From positions 1 to 32,205 of the forward strand of contig NW_013546290.1 of assembly GCF_000760515.2 (NCBI RefSeq): a DNA stretch of 32,205 nt. Direction: 5' to 3'. Source of the stretch: Mitosporidium daphniae (taxonomy: Eukaryota). The translations under genes and the position numbers were made by a program. A model generated the notes under the pieces. That model was given only the letters and a program-made list of their open reading frames with translations, did no database searches and was not told where the DNA came from. Position 1 is the stretch's first letter, and the number at the start of each line of letters is the position of its first letter. Positions 12,296 through 22,097 of this stretch are shown piece by piece.

Positions 12296-13930
12296 ATGAC
12301 GGATTATATCGTAACAAATACATCATCCGTTAATTCATCAAAAATCAATGGACCGCAGCTGACCCATCCATCATCATCAGCATCATCATTATCATCCTCT
12401 GAAATAGGCGGGCCGTTATCGAGTATGAATAATAATTGGAATACACAAATGGGCGGATACCACCAACTTTCTATGCATTCCCCTGCAGGATCGAATCAGT
12501 TCTTTTCGCACCCCGATGCAAACGGAAATATGTGGCTGTCTCCATTCATGCCTGGGCAGTATATGGGGGAAAACGCTCCAGATCCATACTGCTATTCGAT
12601 GTATGACCAACCCCTTGCATCACTCCCGATCGTTCATCCAGAATCAAAAATTATCAACGGCAATGCCGATGCAAATACACACCACGCTCTTTCGCAACAT
12701 TTTGCGCCTCAATTCTTCACATCTGTTCGGCATGCAGAAGCTGCATTTGCGTCTTCACAGAAAGAAAATGTAGCGCCGCCCAATAATGCCCAGTCCAATG
12801 GCATGGGGTTTTCACAGGCTCCCTTCAACATGCAAAAAACAATTCAACTCGAAGATTACTCAATTGCCTTCAAGGACGGCTCAAAACCGCCATATTCATA
12901 TGCCTCGCTGATCGCACAAGCGATCTTGTCATCAGAAGCAAAAAAGCTGACCCTCAGCTCAATTTATGAATGGATTACTTGCAAATACCCATACTATCAC
13001 AACCAGCTGAATGGCTGGCAAAACTCTATCCGACATAACCTTTCGCTAAACAAATGCTTTATTAAGATTCCTCGTTGCGACTCCGATTGCGGAAAGGGGG
13101 CCTTTTGGGGCATCGATCCAAACTACCTCCATTTGTTTGAAAACGGCTACTTGAAGAAAAAAAGGGCAAGAGCCACGGATGAAAATTTTGTTCCCTCGCT
13201 TTCGCAGGCGGTCTCCGCAAACATTTACCATCAAACACATGCCAACGGGCAGCAACAGTTATACCAATCACCAGCAGGGTTTTTCATGGGTGACATATAC
13301 TCAAACCCTAACGCGTACCAAACCATCCACCATTCCCATGCGCCGCCAAATGCTTCTGTTCGACCAAAACCATCTCGCCCAAAGAAGAAGCAAAGTGCAG
13401 CAAAATCAACAGACAAGGCCCCCAGGAGGAGGGCGTCCATTACAATAGTAGATTCGTCGAAGAATCCTGGTTGCATGGAAGCGATGCCATTAGATTCTCA
13501 GCAAGCGCAATATTTGGGGCCTTCCGATTACTTTATCCCGCAACAACTCGACTATCGGCAACTGCCCTCGCATTCTCAAGCAACGTGTGGGGGGCTATAT
13601 ATGGCCTCACCGCAGATGTTTTATAACTCTCCGTCATCGCCGAGAAAAATGTCGTGCCCTGCCATATTCTCGAACAATGGCGACAATATCAACGTGCCTT
13701 CCCCCAACTCCATATCATCATCTTCCAATATTTATAATACAACATCTTGCAGCAAGAATGATTTTGAGAATTGGATGTTTTCTAATACCAACATTATGTC
13801 GCAAGGTTCAGAAGACTCTGTCTTCATCGACAAATACCAAGCCATGAACGCCCAGTGCCAGCCAATGTTCCTTCCGCCGCTCGAGGGAGTTGACCCAGCA
13901 TCGCCTTTTGCCCCTGCAGAAAGGTTTTAA
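12296..13930 (+). CDS. Forkhead (winged-helix) transcription factor, intronless, no FHA domain evident
   Basis: KPPYSYASLIAQAI...LTLSSIYEWI...YPYY...GWQNSIRHNLSLNKCFIKIPR...GKGAFW; Ser/Gln/Pro-rich flanks; 544 aa. Confidence 0.95.
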   Translation: MTDYIVTNTSSVNSSKINGPQLTHPSSSASSLSSSEIGGPLSSMNNNWNTQMGGYHQLSMHSPAGSNQFFSHPDANGNMWLSPFMPGQYMGENAPDPYCYSMYDQPLASLPIVHPESKIINGNADANTHHALSQHFAPQFFTSVRHAEAAFASSQKENVAPPNNAQSNGMGFSQAPFNMQKTIQLEDYSIAFKDGSKPPYSYASLIAQAILSSEAKKLTLSSIYEWITCKYPYYHNQLNGWQNSIRHNLSLNKCFIKIPRCDSDCGKGAFWGIDPNYLHLFENGYLKKKRARATDENFVPSLSQAVSANIYHQTHANGQQQLYQSPAGFFMGDIYSNPNAYQTIHHSHAPPNASVRPKPSRPKKKQSAAKSTDKAPRRRASITIVDSSKNPGCMEAMPLDSQQAQYLGPSDYFIPQQLDYRQLPSHSQATCGGLYMASPQMFYNSPSSPRKMSCPAIFSNNGDNINVPSPNSISSSSNIYNTTSCSKNDFENWMFSNTNIMSQGSEDSVFIDKYQAMNAQCQPMFLPPLEGVDPASPFAPAERF

Positions 13931-14184
13931 ATTGTATTCAACTTTGTAAAATAAATCTTTTGTAAATTATCTGCAACGGGCGACACTTGTGTACATGGCC
14001 ACACGGGTTCACTGAAATTAAATTTGTCGCGCCACCCAACGTTTACAAGCCAACACAGCATTTACAATTTGCAACAAATACCATGCACATCACCACCGCA
14101 CCATTTGACGGTGTGAAAAAGGAGGAGCAGGGTTAATTTTTAAATTTTAATTAATTTAAAGAACATCGCTGTGCGCGATGCCCA

Positions 14185-16263
14185 TCACCTCGGATCTATT
14201 TTGGGCTGTTTGGCCCTCTTTGAAGCAAGTAGCTTTCTCATTGAAGAGGTATTTTTGAAGCCAGGATGTGATGGATCGATGGAGTATTCATAGGCCGAAT
14301 ATATATCTGCAAACCGTGGGTCATCCAGCTGGATTTGAAACGAGTCTTTTGGAATCGATTCGTTTTTGTGATGTTTTTTCTTGAGCAAATCCCTTTCTCT
14401 TTTCATGATTTTGTCCATATTGAAGTGAGCATTTTCGCCGTCAGAGTCATTGTGCTCATCCACCAGCAGCGAAAGAGATTTGTCCTCTTTGCTTGCAGCC
14501 ACATGATCAGCATGCAACCCCTTTCTTTTTGCACGCTTCTGATCTCTTTTCTCCTTTTCTTTTCGAAGCTGACTTTGAAAAACGGTCTCCACCACCTTTT
14601 CTTTTTCAAGATCATCTTGGTCATCTTCTTGTAAGAAGGTCATTTCCATATCGATGTCGCTCGCCTCTTTTCCGACATCAAACATTTCCCCTTTTTCGTC
14701 TTCAAACAAATTTTTTGCAGACTTTACATTGTAAGGGTTTGTCTGACTCTGGCTATTAGCAAGTTTTTTGTAAACAGAAAGAATTTCTTTGATGGATTTT
14801 TCTTTTTTGTGGCCACAATGATTTTCTGTTCCTTGCTCTTCTTCTTCTTCTTCTGACCCTTCATCATCAGAGGATGCAAGATATGCTTTAAAGTCCATAT
14901 CGTCTAGGGCATCTTGGGAAAATCTGGCCTTTGTAAGTTTAGATCGGCGCAAGTCATTGGCGTCCCAGGTAAGAGATACCTTTGAGTGCATCAGCGAAAG
15001 GGTCGTAAAGTCGATGGGCGAATACTTATCAATGGGACTCGTACTAACTCCGCCCTTGATGATGATGTCTTTTTCGCAAAACTCCTGTCCATCAGGAACA
15101 TATCTAATATCGAGAATGTTGCATGTTTTTTCGAATTCCTGTCCGTCGCAGCCGGAGTAGATGGCTTCGGCCGTTTCGACACTATCTGTCTCAACGATAG
15201 CAAAGCAATATCGGAGACGTTCCAGCTGATACTTTCTCAAGGCTTCTTCATCAAAATCTTCAAATGTTTTTTCCGTTACAAATAAATCGCTTGAATCGTA
15301 AGAAACAACATTGGCCGTATCGTCCGCTTGATTGCTTAATGTATTCGTCTCACGGGCTTCCCGTGAGGCAACACAAGGTAAAAGTTCATTTTGGCCACAA
15401 TCAGACTCGCCGGTTAAGTCGCCATCGCCTGCATCGGCACCATTGGGCAGGGACGTGTCAATATCTTTGAAAGTTTCTTCTTCTTCTTCTTGTTCTTCAA
15501 AATCCGATGTCACATCATGTAAAATGCCCTCAGCATCCGATCCGGAATAAAAAACTTCTTCTTCTTCTTCTTCCGCTACCACAGGGACTTCTTCATCAGA
15601 TTCGGAATAATTTTGAGAATAGTCCTCCTTGTCCTTGTTGGGATCCAATGGCTTGAAAATATTTGAAGGAGGGCCATACAGCGATTCTTGAGCGATCCTT
15701 TCTTTTCCAAACGAGGAATAGTAAATCTTGGCAGACAAAATTTGCCCAAGAGGCGGCTTAAAGCTATATGCTAGTTGGTAGATATCCTGTGCTTGGATGT
15801 TATCCCAATCTAAATTCACAAATGCCAGGCGAGCAGTTGCATCTCCAATTGTAATGGTTTCGTGATCAATTGCTGCTGGATTGCAAGAGTAAGAGTGTTC
15901 CTGCTCATCTTCGGATGATGAATTGGAGGAATGGATGCTTTCCTGGCACATGGGCACACCACCATTGGCTACGCTTTCGCCATCGTCGTTTTCTTTAGAA
16001 GAGATATTTTTGGGATCAAAATCTTCCTCCTCCAAATTGTAGAACCTTTTTAACGACTTGACAGCATTGGTGGAATTTTGTGCTGCCTCTTTTTCGCTAA
16101 TCAGGCGACCAAATTTATCTACTTTGCAGGCAGATTTGCCCGTGAATTGCTCGTCAGTAAACATTTCTTTAAATCTATTATCTATTGATACTTTAGACTG
16201 CTTTTTTTTAGGTCGGACGAACCTGGGATCTTTCAAGAGACGAGAAAAGCGGGAATCTTCCAT
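14185..16263 (-). CDS. ESF1: Pre-rRNA processing protein Esf1
   Basis: DPRFVRPKKK...IDNRF, RLAFVNLDWDNI, ALRKYQLERLRY, CDGQEFE...LDIRYVPD, LTWD, C-terminal NUC153-like DDPRF...IDPSHP. Intronless, 692 aa. Confidence 0.93.
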   Translation of the reverse strand: MEDSRFSRLLKDPRFVRPKKKQSKVSIDNRFKEMFTDEQFTGKSACKVDKFGRLISEKEAAQNSTNAVKSLKRFYNLEEEDFDPKNISSKENDDGESVANGGVPMCQESIHSSNSSSEDEQEHSYSCNPAAIDHETITIGDATARLAFVNLDWDNIQAQDIYQLAYSFKPPLGQILSAKIYYSSFGKERIAQESLYGPPSNIFKPLDPNKDKEDYSQNYSESDEEVPVVAEEEEEEVFYSGSDAEGILHDVTSDFEEQEEEEETFKDIDTSLPNGADAGDGDLTGESDCGQNELLPCVASREARETNTLSNQADDTANVVSYDSSDLFVTEKTFEDFDEEALRKYQLERLRYCFAIVETDSVETAEAIYSGCDGQEFEKTCNILDIRYVPDGQEFCEKDIIIKGGVSTSPIDKYSPIDFTTLSLMHSKVSLTWDANDLRRSKLTKARFSQDALDDMDFKAYLASSDDEGSEEEEEEQGTENHCGHKKEKSIKEILSVYKKLANSQSQTNPYNVKSAKNLFEDEKGEMFDVGKEASDIDMEMTFLQEDDQDDLEKEKVVETVFQSQLRKEKEKRDQKRAKRKGLHADHVAASKEDKSLSLLVDEHNDSDGENAHFNMDKIMKRERDLLKKKHHKNESIPKDSFQIQLDDPRFADIYSAYEYSIDPSHPGFKNTSSMRKLLASKRAKQPKIDPR

Positions 16264-16320
16264 TATTAAAGTTAAAAAAAATATTGGCTCAAATTAATTA
16301 TGGCACTTTATAGGCCATTT

Positions 16321-16362
16321 TAAATAAATGAATAAATAAATAAATAAATGAATGAATAAATG
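16321..16362. repeat. (TAAA/TGAA)n tetranucleotide microsatellite in the ESF1-septin divergent spacer
   Basis: taaataaatgaataaataaataaataaatgaatgaataaatg. Confidence 0.85.
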
Positions 16363-16516
16363 GATCACTTTGTGGTATTACATGCGGTCAAGGTTTTTGA
16401 AAATTAAGAGCCTCGTTTATAATTGCTAAATTTAAGAATTCCAAATTTGATGTAATGTTCCATAGTAACGGCAAATCCAAAGACAATAATACGAATTTTT
16501 AGACTGAAATACATAG

Positions 16517-18052
16517 ATGTCTAAAGATCCAAATGATATTAACAGTCTGACAAACAATAGAGACACCATTGCATTGCTGCCTGCAGATGTAAGTAACCTT
16601 GGAATAGCAAACATCCCAAACCAAGCCTATCGCTTTGCCATGAAGCAAGGCCTTTCTCTAAATCTGCTGTTTGCAGGTAGGAGTCCCAAAACATTGAGCC
16701 ATTTAACGTAGGCCAGGGCGACGTTGGGAAAAAGGCCTTCCTTCAATCCCTGCTGGAAGTATCAATTGATTCATCTTCACCCCGCGAATATGTTCCGTTT
16801 GCTACACTTGAAAACTCGAACGGAGCTTCACTTGAAGAGGTGTCGCTGTGTAATGGCCAAAAGATCATTGAGCTTGCTTCACTTCAAGTCCCACCTGAGG
16901 CTATTTTGGAAAAGTTTAGAGCAAGTATCGATCCCATCGACATTCAATTTTAGATTTCGTCGAAAAAAGCATGCCCGTACAGGTGACCGTAATCAGCGTC
17001 TCAAAATACGGAAATAGCATCAATCAGCTCAACTGTTGGAATAAGATCGTCTCTTTTGTCGATGCTCAATACGAACAATTTTTGGAGCAAGAGGTTTCAC
17101 CCACCTTTAGAGCGTCGATACATGACAACAGAATACACGCATGCGTGTACTTTCTTTCCGCAGTCAGATCTTCAATAAGCAAGCTGGACTTGATAACAAT
17201 GAAAAAGCTTTCCGAAAAGCTGCTGGTCATTCCAGTGCTTACGAAGGCTGAAATTCTAACCCAGTCTGAGAAGAACGCTGCAAAAGCGAACATAAAAAAG
17301 ACCCTCCTTAAGCATGGAATCCAGACGCTGCTTTCCCCGAACATTTTATCTCTTTTTAAAGAAGAAGGCGGCAAAGATGAGTTTTCTCTACGCTCAACAG
17401 AAATACTTGTATGATGCCGGGCTTATATCATCTAATCTGCTAGGATTCGCTTCCATTTGCAATTACCAATAATTTGAGCAACGGCACTTGTGGAGTCGAA
17501 GCAGGAAAAAGCCGAACCTATCCATGGGGTGTGATCGAGAGTATTTCAAACCTGGCTTTCAATTTTAGTTGAGGATGAGGCTTACTGCGATTTTTCAAAG
17601 CTAAGAGCCTTACTGGCGCGAACGCTGCTTTTCAAGATCATGGAAATATCTCGCACCACTTTTTATGAAAACTATCGAATGAATCGACTTATTAATGGGC
17701 TGCTTTCTGGAGAAAAAAGCGGCCATCCTTTCATGTGAGCGAGTATTTCTTATTTGCATAGCTATATTGGCAAGGACATTGATATCGAGAAATGCTATTT
17801 GCAAGCAGAGGAGATGCTAAAGAGGCGATACTCCTCTTCACAGGCAAAAGTCGACGATTCGGAGTTTGATAAGAAACGAGAGATGGTAGTTTTTTCGTCT
17901 AACTTTAGCATGCCAAAAAGGTGGCTGAAATCCAGGAAAGAATATCTGCAATGGAGCAGCAGATCTTGCAGGCAAGGGAAAGTCTGACCGCATCGAATAC
18001 AAAAATTGCCTCTTTTTCCATGGATGAATTGAAGGCCATCAACATCATTTGA
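16517..18052 (+). CDS. Septin (Cdc3/Cdc12-like, C-terminal coiled coil) with degenerate GTP-binding motifs
   Basis: LGIANIPNQ, DNRIHACVYFL, LDLITMKKL, LPFAI, septin unique element RTYPWGVIEIEDEAYCDFSKLR, YENYR. Introns 16677-16711, 16925-16953, 17409-17443, 17541-17568, 17735-17761, 17886-17908. Stop TGA 18050-18052. Confidence 0.9.
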
Positions 18053-18113
18053 AATTCAAATAAACAATTTAAGTTCTGTGATTTTTTAGCAATACTTGGT
18101 GCACCTGTGTCCG

Positions 18114-19002
18114 ATGGCAATCCGTCGCCTGTTTTCAACATCCATTGCATCAGCGGGCACGCCTAGCGTGCCTAAATTCAAAAAATTCGCCATTTACAGA
18201 TGGGTGTATTTTGACTAGTGCTTAGCTAACTATGTTAGAATCCAGAGACCCCCGACGTTAAGCCGAGAATGCAGGAGTATCAAGTGGATCTTGGTAAGTG
18301 CGGCCCCATGGTTCTTGATGCGCTAATTGCAATCAAGGATCAACAGGACCAAACATTGACCTTCAGAAGGTCTTGTCGAGAAGGCATTTGTGGGTCTTGC
18401 GCAATGAACATCGACGGTAGCAACACGCTTGCTTGTATTTGTAAAATCAACACTGACGATTTGGGAAAGGACATGAAGATATATCCACTTCCACACATGC
18501 ATGTGATTAAAGACCTGGTTCCGGTAAGCGTTGTTTAGTATGTAAACATTGAGCTAGGATTTGAGCCATTTTTACAAGCAGTATCAGATGATTGAGCCCT
18601 TTTTGAAGAAAAAAACGCCACCCACTCTGGATACCAAGGAAAACCTTCAATCCATCGAGGAGAGAAAAAAACTTGATGGCCTGTACGAGTGCATCCTTTG
18701 TGCGTGTTGCTCCACGTCTTGCCCCAGTTACTGGTGGAATTCTGACAAGTATCTGGGGCCGGCAGTCCTCATGCAAGCATATCGCTGGATGATCGATTCC
18801 AGAGACGATTTTGCAAGGGAAAGAAGAGCCGCTTTACAGGACCCTTTCTCGGTGTTTAGATGCCATACAATTATGAACTGTGCAAAATCCTGCCCCAAGG
18901 TTTGTATTTATTGCTGTTGATGACAATTTAAACTAGGGCTTGAACCCTGGAAAAGCTATTGCCCTATTGAAGAAAGACATGTTTTCAGACTCAATAAATT
19001 AG
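18114..19002 (+). CDS. SDH2: Succinate dehydrogenase iron-sulfur subunit with mitochondrial presequence
   Basis: [10 protein letters not shown]...[58 protein letters not shown]. Introns 18204-18238, 18524-18557, 18900-18936. Confidence 0.98.
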
Positions 19003-19145
19003 ATTGGTTGTGTGATTACTGGTAACGTATAGTTTGGTATCCCGATTAATTCGACGGCAAACCATCCGCTCAATTTGAAAAAGACTCGAAATTAAAATTG
19101 GCCCGCCAAGGCACCACAATTACGCCCCACTAGTGGTGTAAAATG

Positions 19146-19183
19146 TTAAATTTAAATTCACGCTACCCTTCCTTTTTTATTTA
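19146..19183 (+). promoter_or_regulatory. AT-rich TTAAATTT core-promoter/initiator-like element and pyrimidine tract before the PGK1 ATG
   Basis: ttaaatttaaattcacgctacccttccttttttatttaATG; the same TTAAATTT-type motif precedes most starts in the window. Confidence 0.5.
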
Positions 19184-20517
19184 ATGTCTTCTACCACACT
19201 TAACAAATTATCAATTGAAAACGTCGATTTCCAAAACAAACGTGTTCTGATGCGCGTGGACTTTAACGTTCCCCTGGATTCAAATCTGAACATCACCAAC
19301 GACCAAAGAATCAAAGCTGCCCTTCCAAGTATCAACTATATATTGGAGCACGGTGCTAAAGCGCTCATTCTGATGAGCCATCTTGGACGCCCAGACGGCC
19401 AAGTGGTGGCTAAGCATTCCTTGAAGCCTGTCGGTGAGCGTCTTGGCCAGCTTTTGGGACGCCCAGTCAGCTTTCTTAATGATTGCATTGGTGCTGATGT
19501 CGAAGCTGCTTGTTCCTCAGCCTCTAATGGTCAGGTTATCTTGTTGGAAAACTTGAGATTTCATCTTGCAGAGGAGGGAAAAGTTTCCAAGAAAGATGGC
19601 ACTAAGCTCGTTGCAACGCCAGAGCAGATTGAAGCCTTCCGCACATCGCTTTCCAAGCTCGGCGATGTCTATATTAATGATGCCTTCGGAACTGCACATC
19701 GCCCCCATAGTTCGATGGTCGGCGTAGATATGGATGTTAGGGCATCTGGATTTCTTATGAGCAAAGAACTCCGCCTCTTTGCCCAAGCCTTGGAAAATCC
19801 CGCGCATCCTTTTCTTTCTATCTTAGGAGGTGCCAAGGTTTCAGACAAGATCCTTCTGATTGAAAGCCTACTCGACAAGGTCGACGAAATGATCATTGGC
19901 GGAGGCATGGCATACACCTTCAAAAAAATTGTGGATGGAATGCAGGTTGGTCACTTGGGCTTAATTATAACCCTTAGATTGGCAATTCTCTGTTCGATTC
20001 CCATGGAGCAACTATTGTTCGCTCTTTAGTTGAAAAAGCCGCCGCAAAAAATGTTAAGCTCCATTTTCCAATTGATTTTGTGATTGGAGACAAATTTTCG
20101 GCCGATTCAAATATCCGTATTGTCACCGAGGAGGAGGGAATTCCAGATGGCTGGGAAGGCTTTGATATTGGCCCAAAGTCGCGCGAGCTCTTTTCTGAAG
20201 TCATCCTTCGTTCCAGATGCGTCCTTTGGAATGGGTAATTCCCAAGCCTTACTAATTAATTTAGCCCATTGGGTGTGTTTGAATTGGAGCCATTCGCTAA
20301 TGGAACCAAAGCAGCATTGAAAGCTGTTGTTGAGGCCACAGAAAAATATGGATGCATTTCTATCGCCGGCGGGGGTGATACAGCGACGGCTGTTGAAAAG
20401 TGGGGATGTTCTGAAAGTTTGAGCCACGTCAGCACTGGAGGAGGAGCCAGCTTGGAGCTTCTTGAGGGTAAAGTTTTACCAGGTGTTGCAGCTCTTTCAT
20501 CCCCATTATCGGGTTAA
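19184..20517 (+). CDS. PGK1: Phosphoglycerate kinase
   Basis: [74 protein letters not shown]. Introns 19946-19977 and 20235-20264. Confidence 0.99.
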
Positions 20518-20715
20518 TAAACGGAATTTATTTCAGAATGTTCCCGGCATTTGGGCCGTGTGCAAGTAGTTTTTGCCAACCTTATGATAATGACACCCCA
20601 AGCCTTTTATTGCAAAGGGCCAAATAAGAAAAACCAGCATTTAATTTTGTGGCGATACAAACTGGAGTTTCATTTGGCCAACCGCAGATTGAGTTTGCAA
20701 TTTTTTTTTAATTTA

Positions 20716-21489
20716 ATGGCTTTGAAAAGAAGAACAAGCTGCTCCAGGGGTGCTCTTAGGGCCAAATGTGTGTGGCATGTCGAACCGATTGAAAAGGTAA
20801 AGCCACTGACGTACACTACTGATGACTACAACAAGCATCTTTGCACTGTTCTTCATCCAGAGCTGGCCAAGTATTACAAAAATCGATTTTCGCTGTTTTC
20901 TCTCTATAATTCGGGCGTTGTTCTTGACAAGGAGGGGTGGTATTCGGTAACTCCAGAGGAAATTGCCATTCAGCAGGCATCTCGCGTGATGGAGTCAGAC
21001 ATTGTCGTTGACCTTTGTTGTGGGTGCGGAGGTAACTCGATCCAATTTGCTCAGCGGGCCCTGGTCACTTTTTCTGTTGACATTGACGCTACTCGTCTTT
21101 GTTTGGCTCGATATAATGCCAATATTTATGGAGTTGCAGGCAAAATCCAATTTATCCAATCAGGCTGGCTTGACCTGATCCAAGCCGGTCCTACTCGCCG
21201 ACACTGGGCTGACGTGGTGTTCATGAGCCCGCCATGGGGAGGCATTTCTTACATGGAGGCCACGGAGTTTGACATCCATGGCCTATTTGATGGCATTACG
21301 CTTGTATCGATACTGACGAGCCTTTCGCAGGTTGCACCTAAAGTAATTATTTTTCTTCCTCGAAATTCGAATCGATCCTGTGTGGTCGAAGCAGCAAGAG
21401 CTTCCGGCGCAATCGATCTCGAAATAGAGGTAAATAGGATCGGAAAGTTCGAAAAGGGAATAACGATTTACTTGAACTATGCCATCTAA
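20716..21489 (+). CDS. TGS1: Trimethylguanosine synthase (RNA cap hypermethylase)
   Basis: KYYKNRFSLFS...LDKEGWYSVTPEEIA, DLCCGCGGNSIQFA, VFMSPPWGG, FLPRN. First ATG at 20716, after an AT-rich run. Confidence 0.93.
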   Translation: MALKRRTSCSRGALRAKCVWHVEPIEKVKPLTYTTDDYNKHLCTVLHPELAKYYKNRFSLFSLYNSGVVLDKEGWYSVTPEEIAIQQASRVMESDIVVDLCCGCGGNSIQFAQRALVTFSVDIDATRLCLARYNANIYGVAGKIQFIQSGWLDLIQAGPTRRHWADVVFMSPPWGGISYMEATEFDIHGLFDGITLVSILTSLSQVAPKVIIFLPRNSNRSCVVEAARASGAIDLEIEVNRIGKFEKGITIYLNYAI

Positions 21490-22042
21490 ATGACCATTTT
21501 ATTGGCTCCATCTGGATCGGCGGCATCGTTTGACGGCGGTTCCTGCTCATTTCCAATGGCAGCGGTGATGGGGCTGCCGTTGATTTCCTTATCCGAAAGC
21601 AGGGAAATCATTTTCTTGGCATGGTCCATTGAGCGAACCTTAATGTGGCAAATGCCCTCTGAACGACCGCTTTTATCATAAATTATTGAAATCTGGCCCA
21701 AGGGCGGGCAGTCCTGGAGCGATTCCAAAAATTTCTAGCGGTAAATAAAATTGGGCTCACTTTGACATCGTCTTTGGTGACTTCCCAATGCAAATTGGAT
21801 ATTTTAATTAAATATCCCCAATTGGTTGCGTGTCTTTTCTCTGGCCCTCGATGATGGCGATCCCTGCGATGTTGATGGTCCCGCTTTTTACGAGAAAACA
21901 TGTCATGCTCCCATTTCCTGCTCTTTTCGGCGCGAGGAACGGTAGAGGAGCCCTTTTGAGGGCGACCGGATTTAATGATATCGTCAAGTGCCAAATCAAG
22001 CTTGACATTGCCATTGGGATGGTTGGGGTTGCCGGTGCTCAT
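21486..22042 (-). CDS. YRA1: mRNA export adaptor Yra1/ALYREF-like RRM protein
   Basis: N-terminal KLDLALDDIIK box; RRM IKISNLHWEVTKDDVK...YDKSGRSEGIC. Intron 21735-21760. Confidence 0.8.
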
Positions 22043-22097
22043 TGAACCAAGCCAGGCAGCAATTGGAATTTTAAATTTTATTTGTACAAAATTAACG

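Noticed and set aside
3516..14035. GCCAC words in several intergenic spacers as a shared regulatory motif
   Set aside because: A 5-mer that also occurs in coding sequence; enrichment cannot be shown without a statistical test.
10314..16362. Short repeats considered as CRISPR arrays or mobile-element ends
   Set aside because: Simple microsatellites only; no repeat-spacer pattern, transposase, reverse transcriptase or terminal inverted repeats seen in the window.
20551..20715. TTG-initiated N-terminal extension of TGS1
   Set aside because: Eukaryotic context; the first ATG at 20716 follows a typical AT-rich upstream element.
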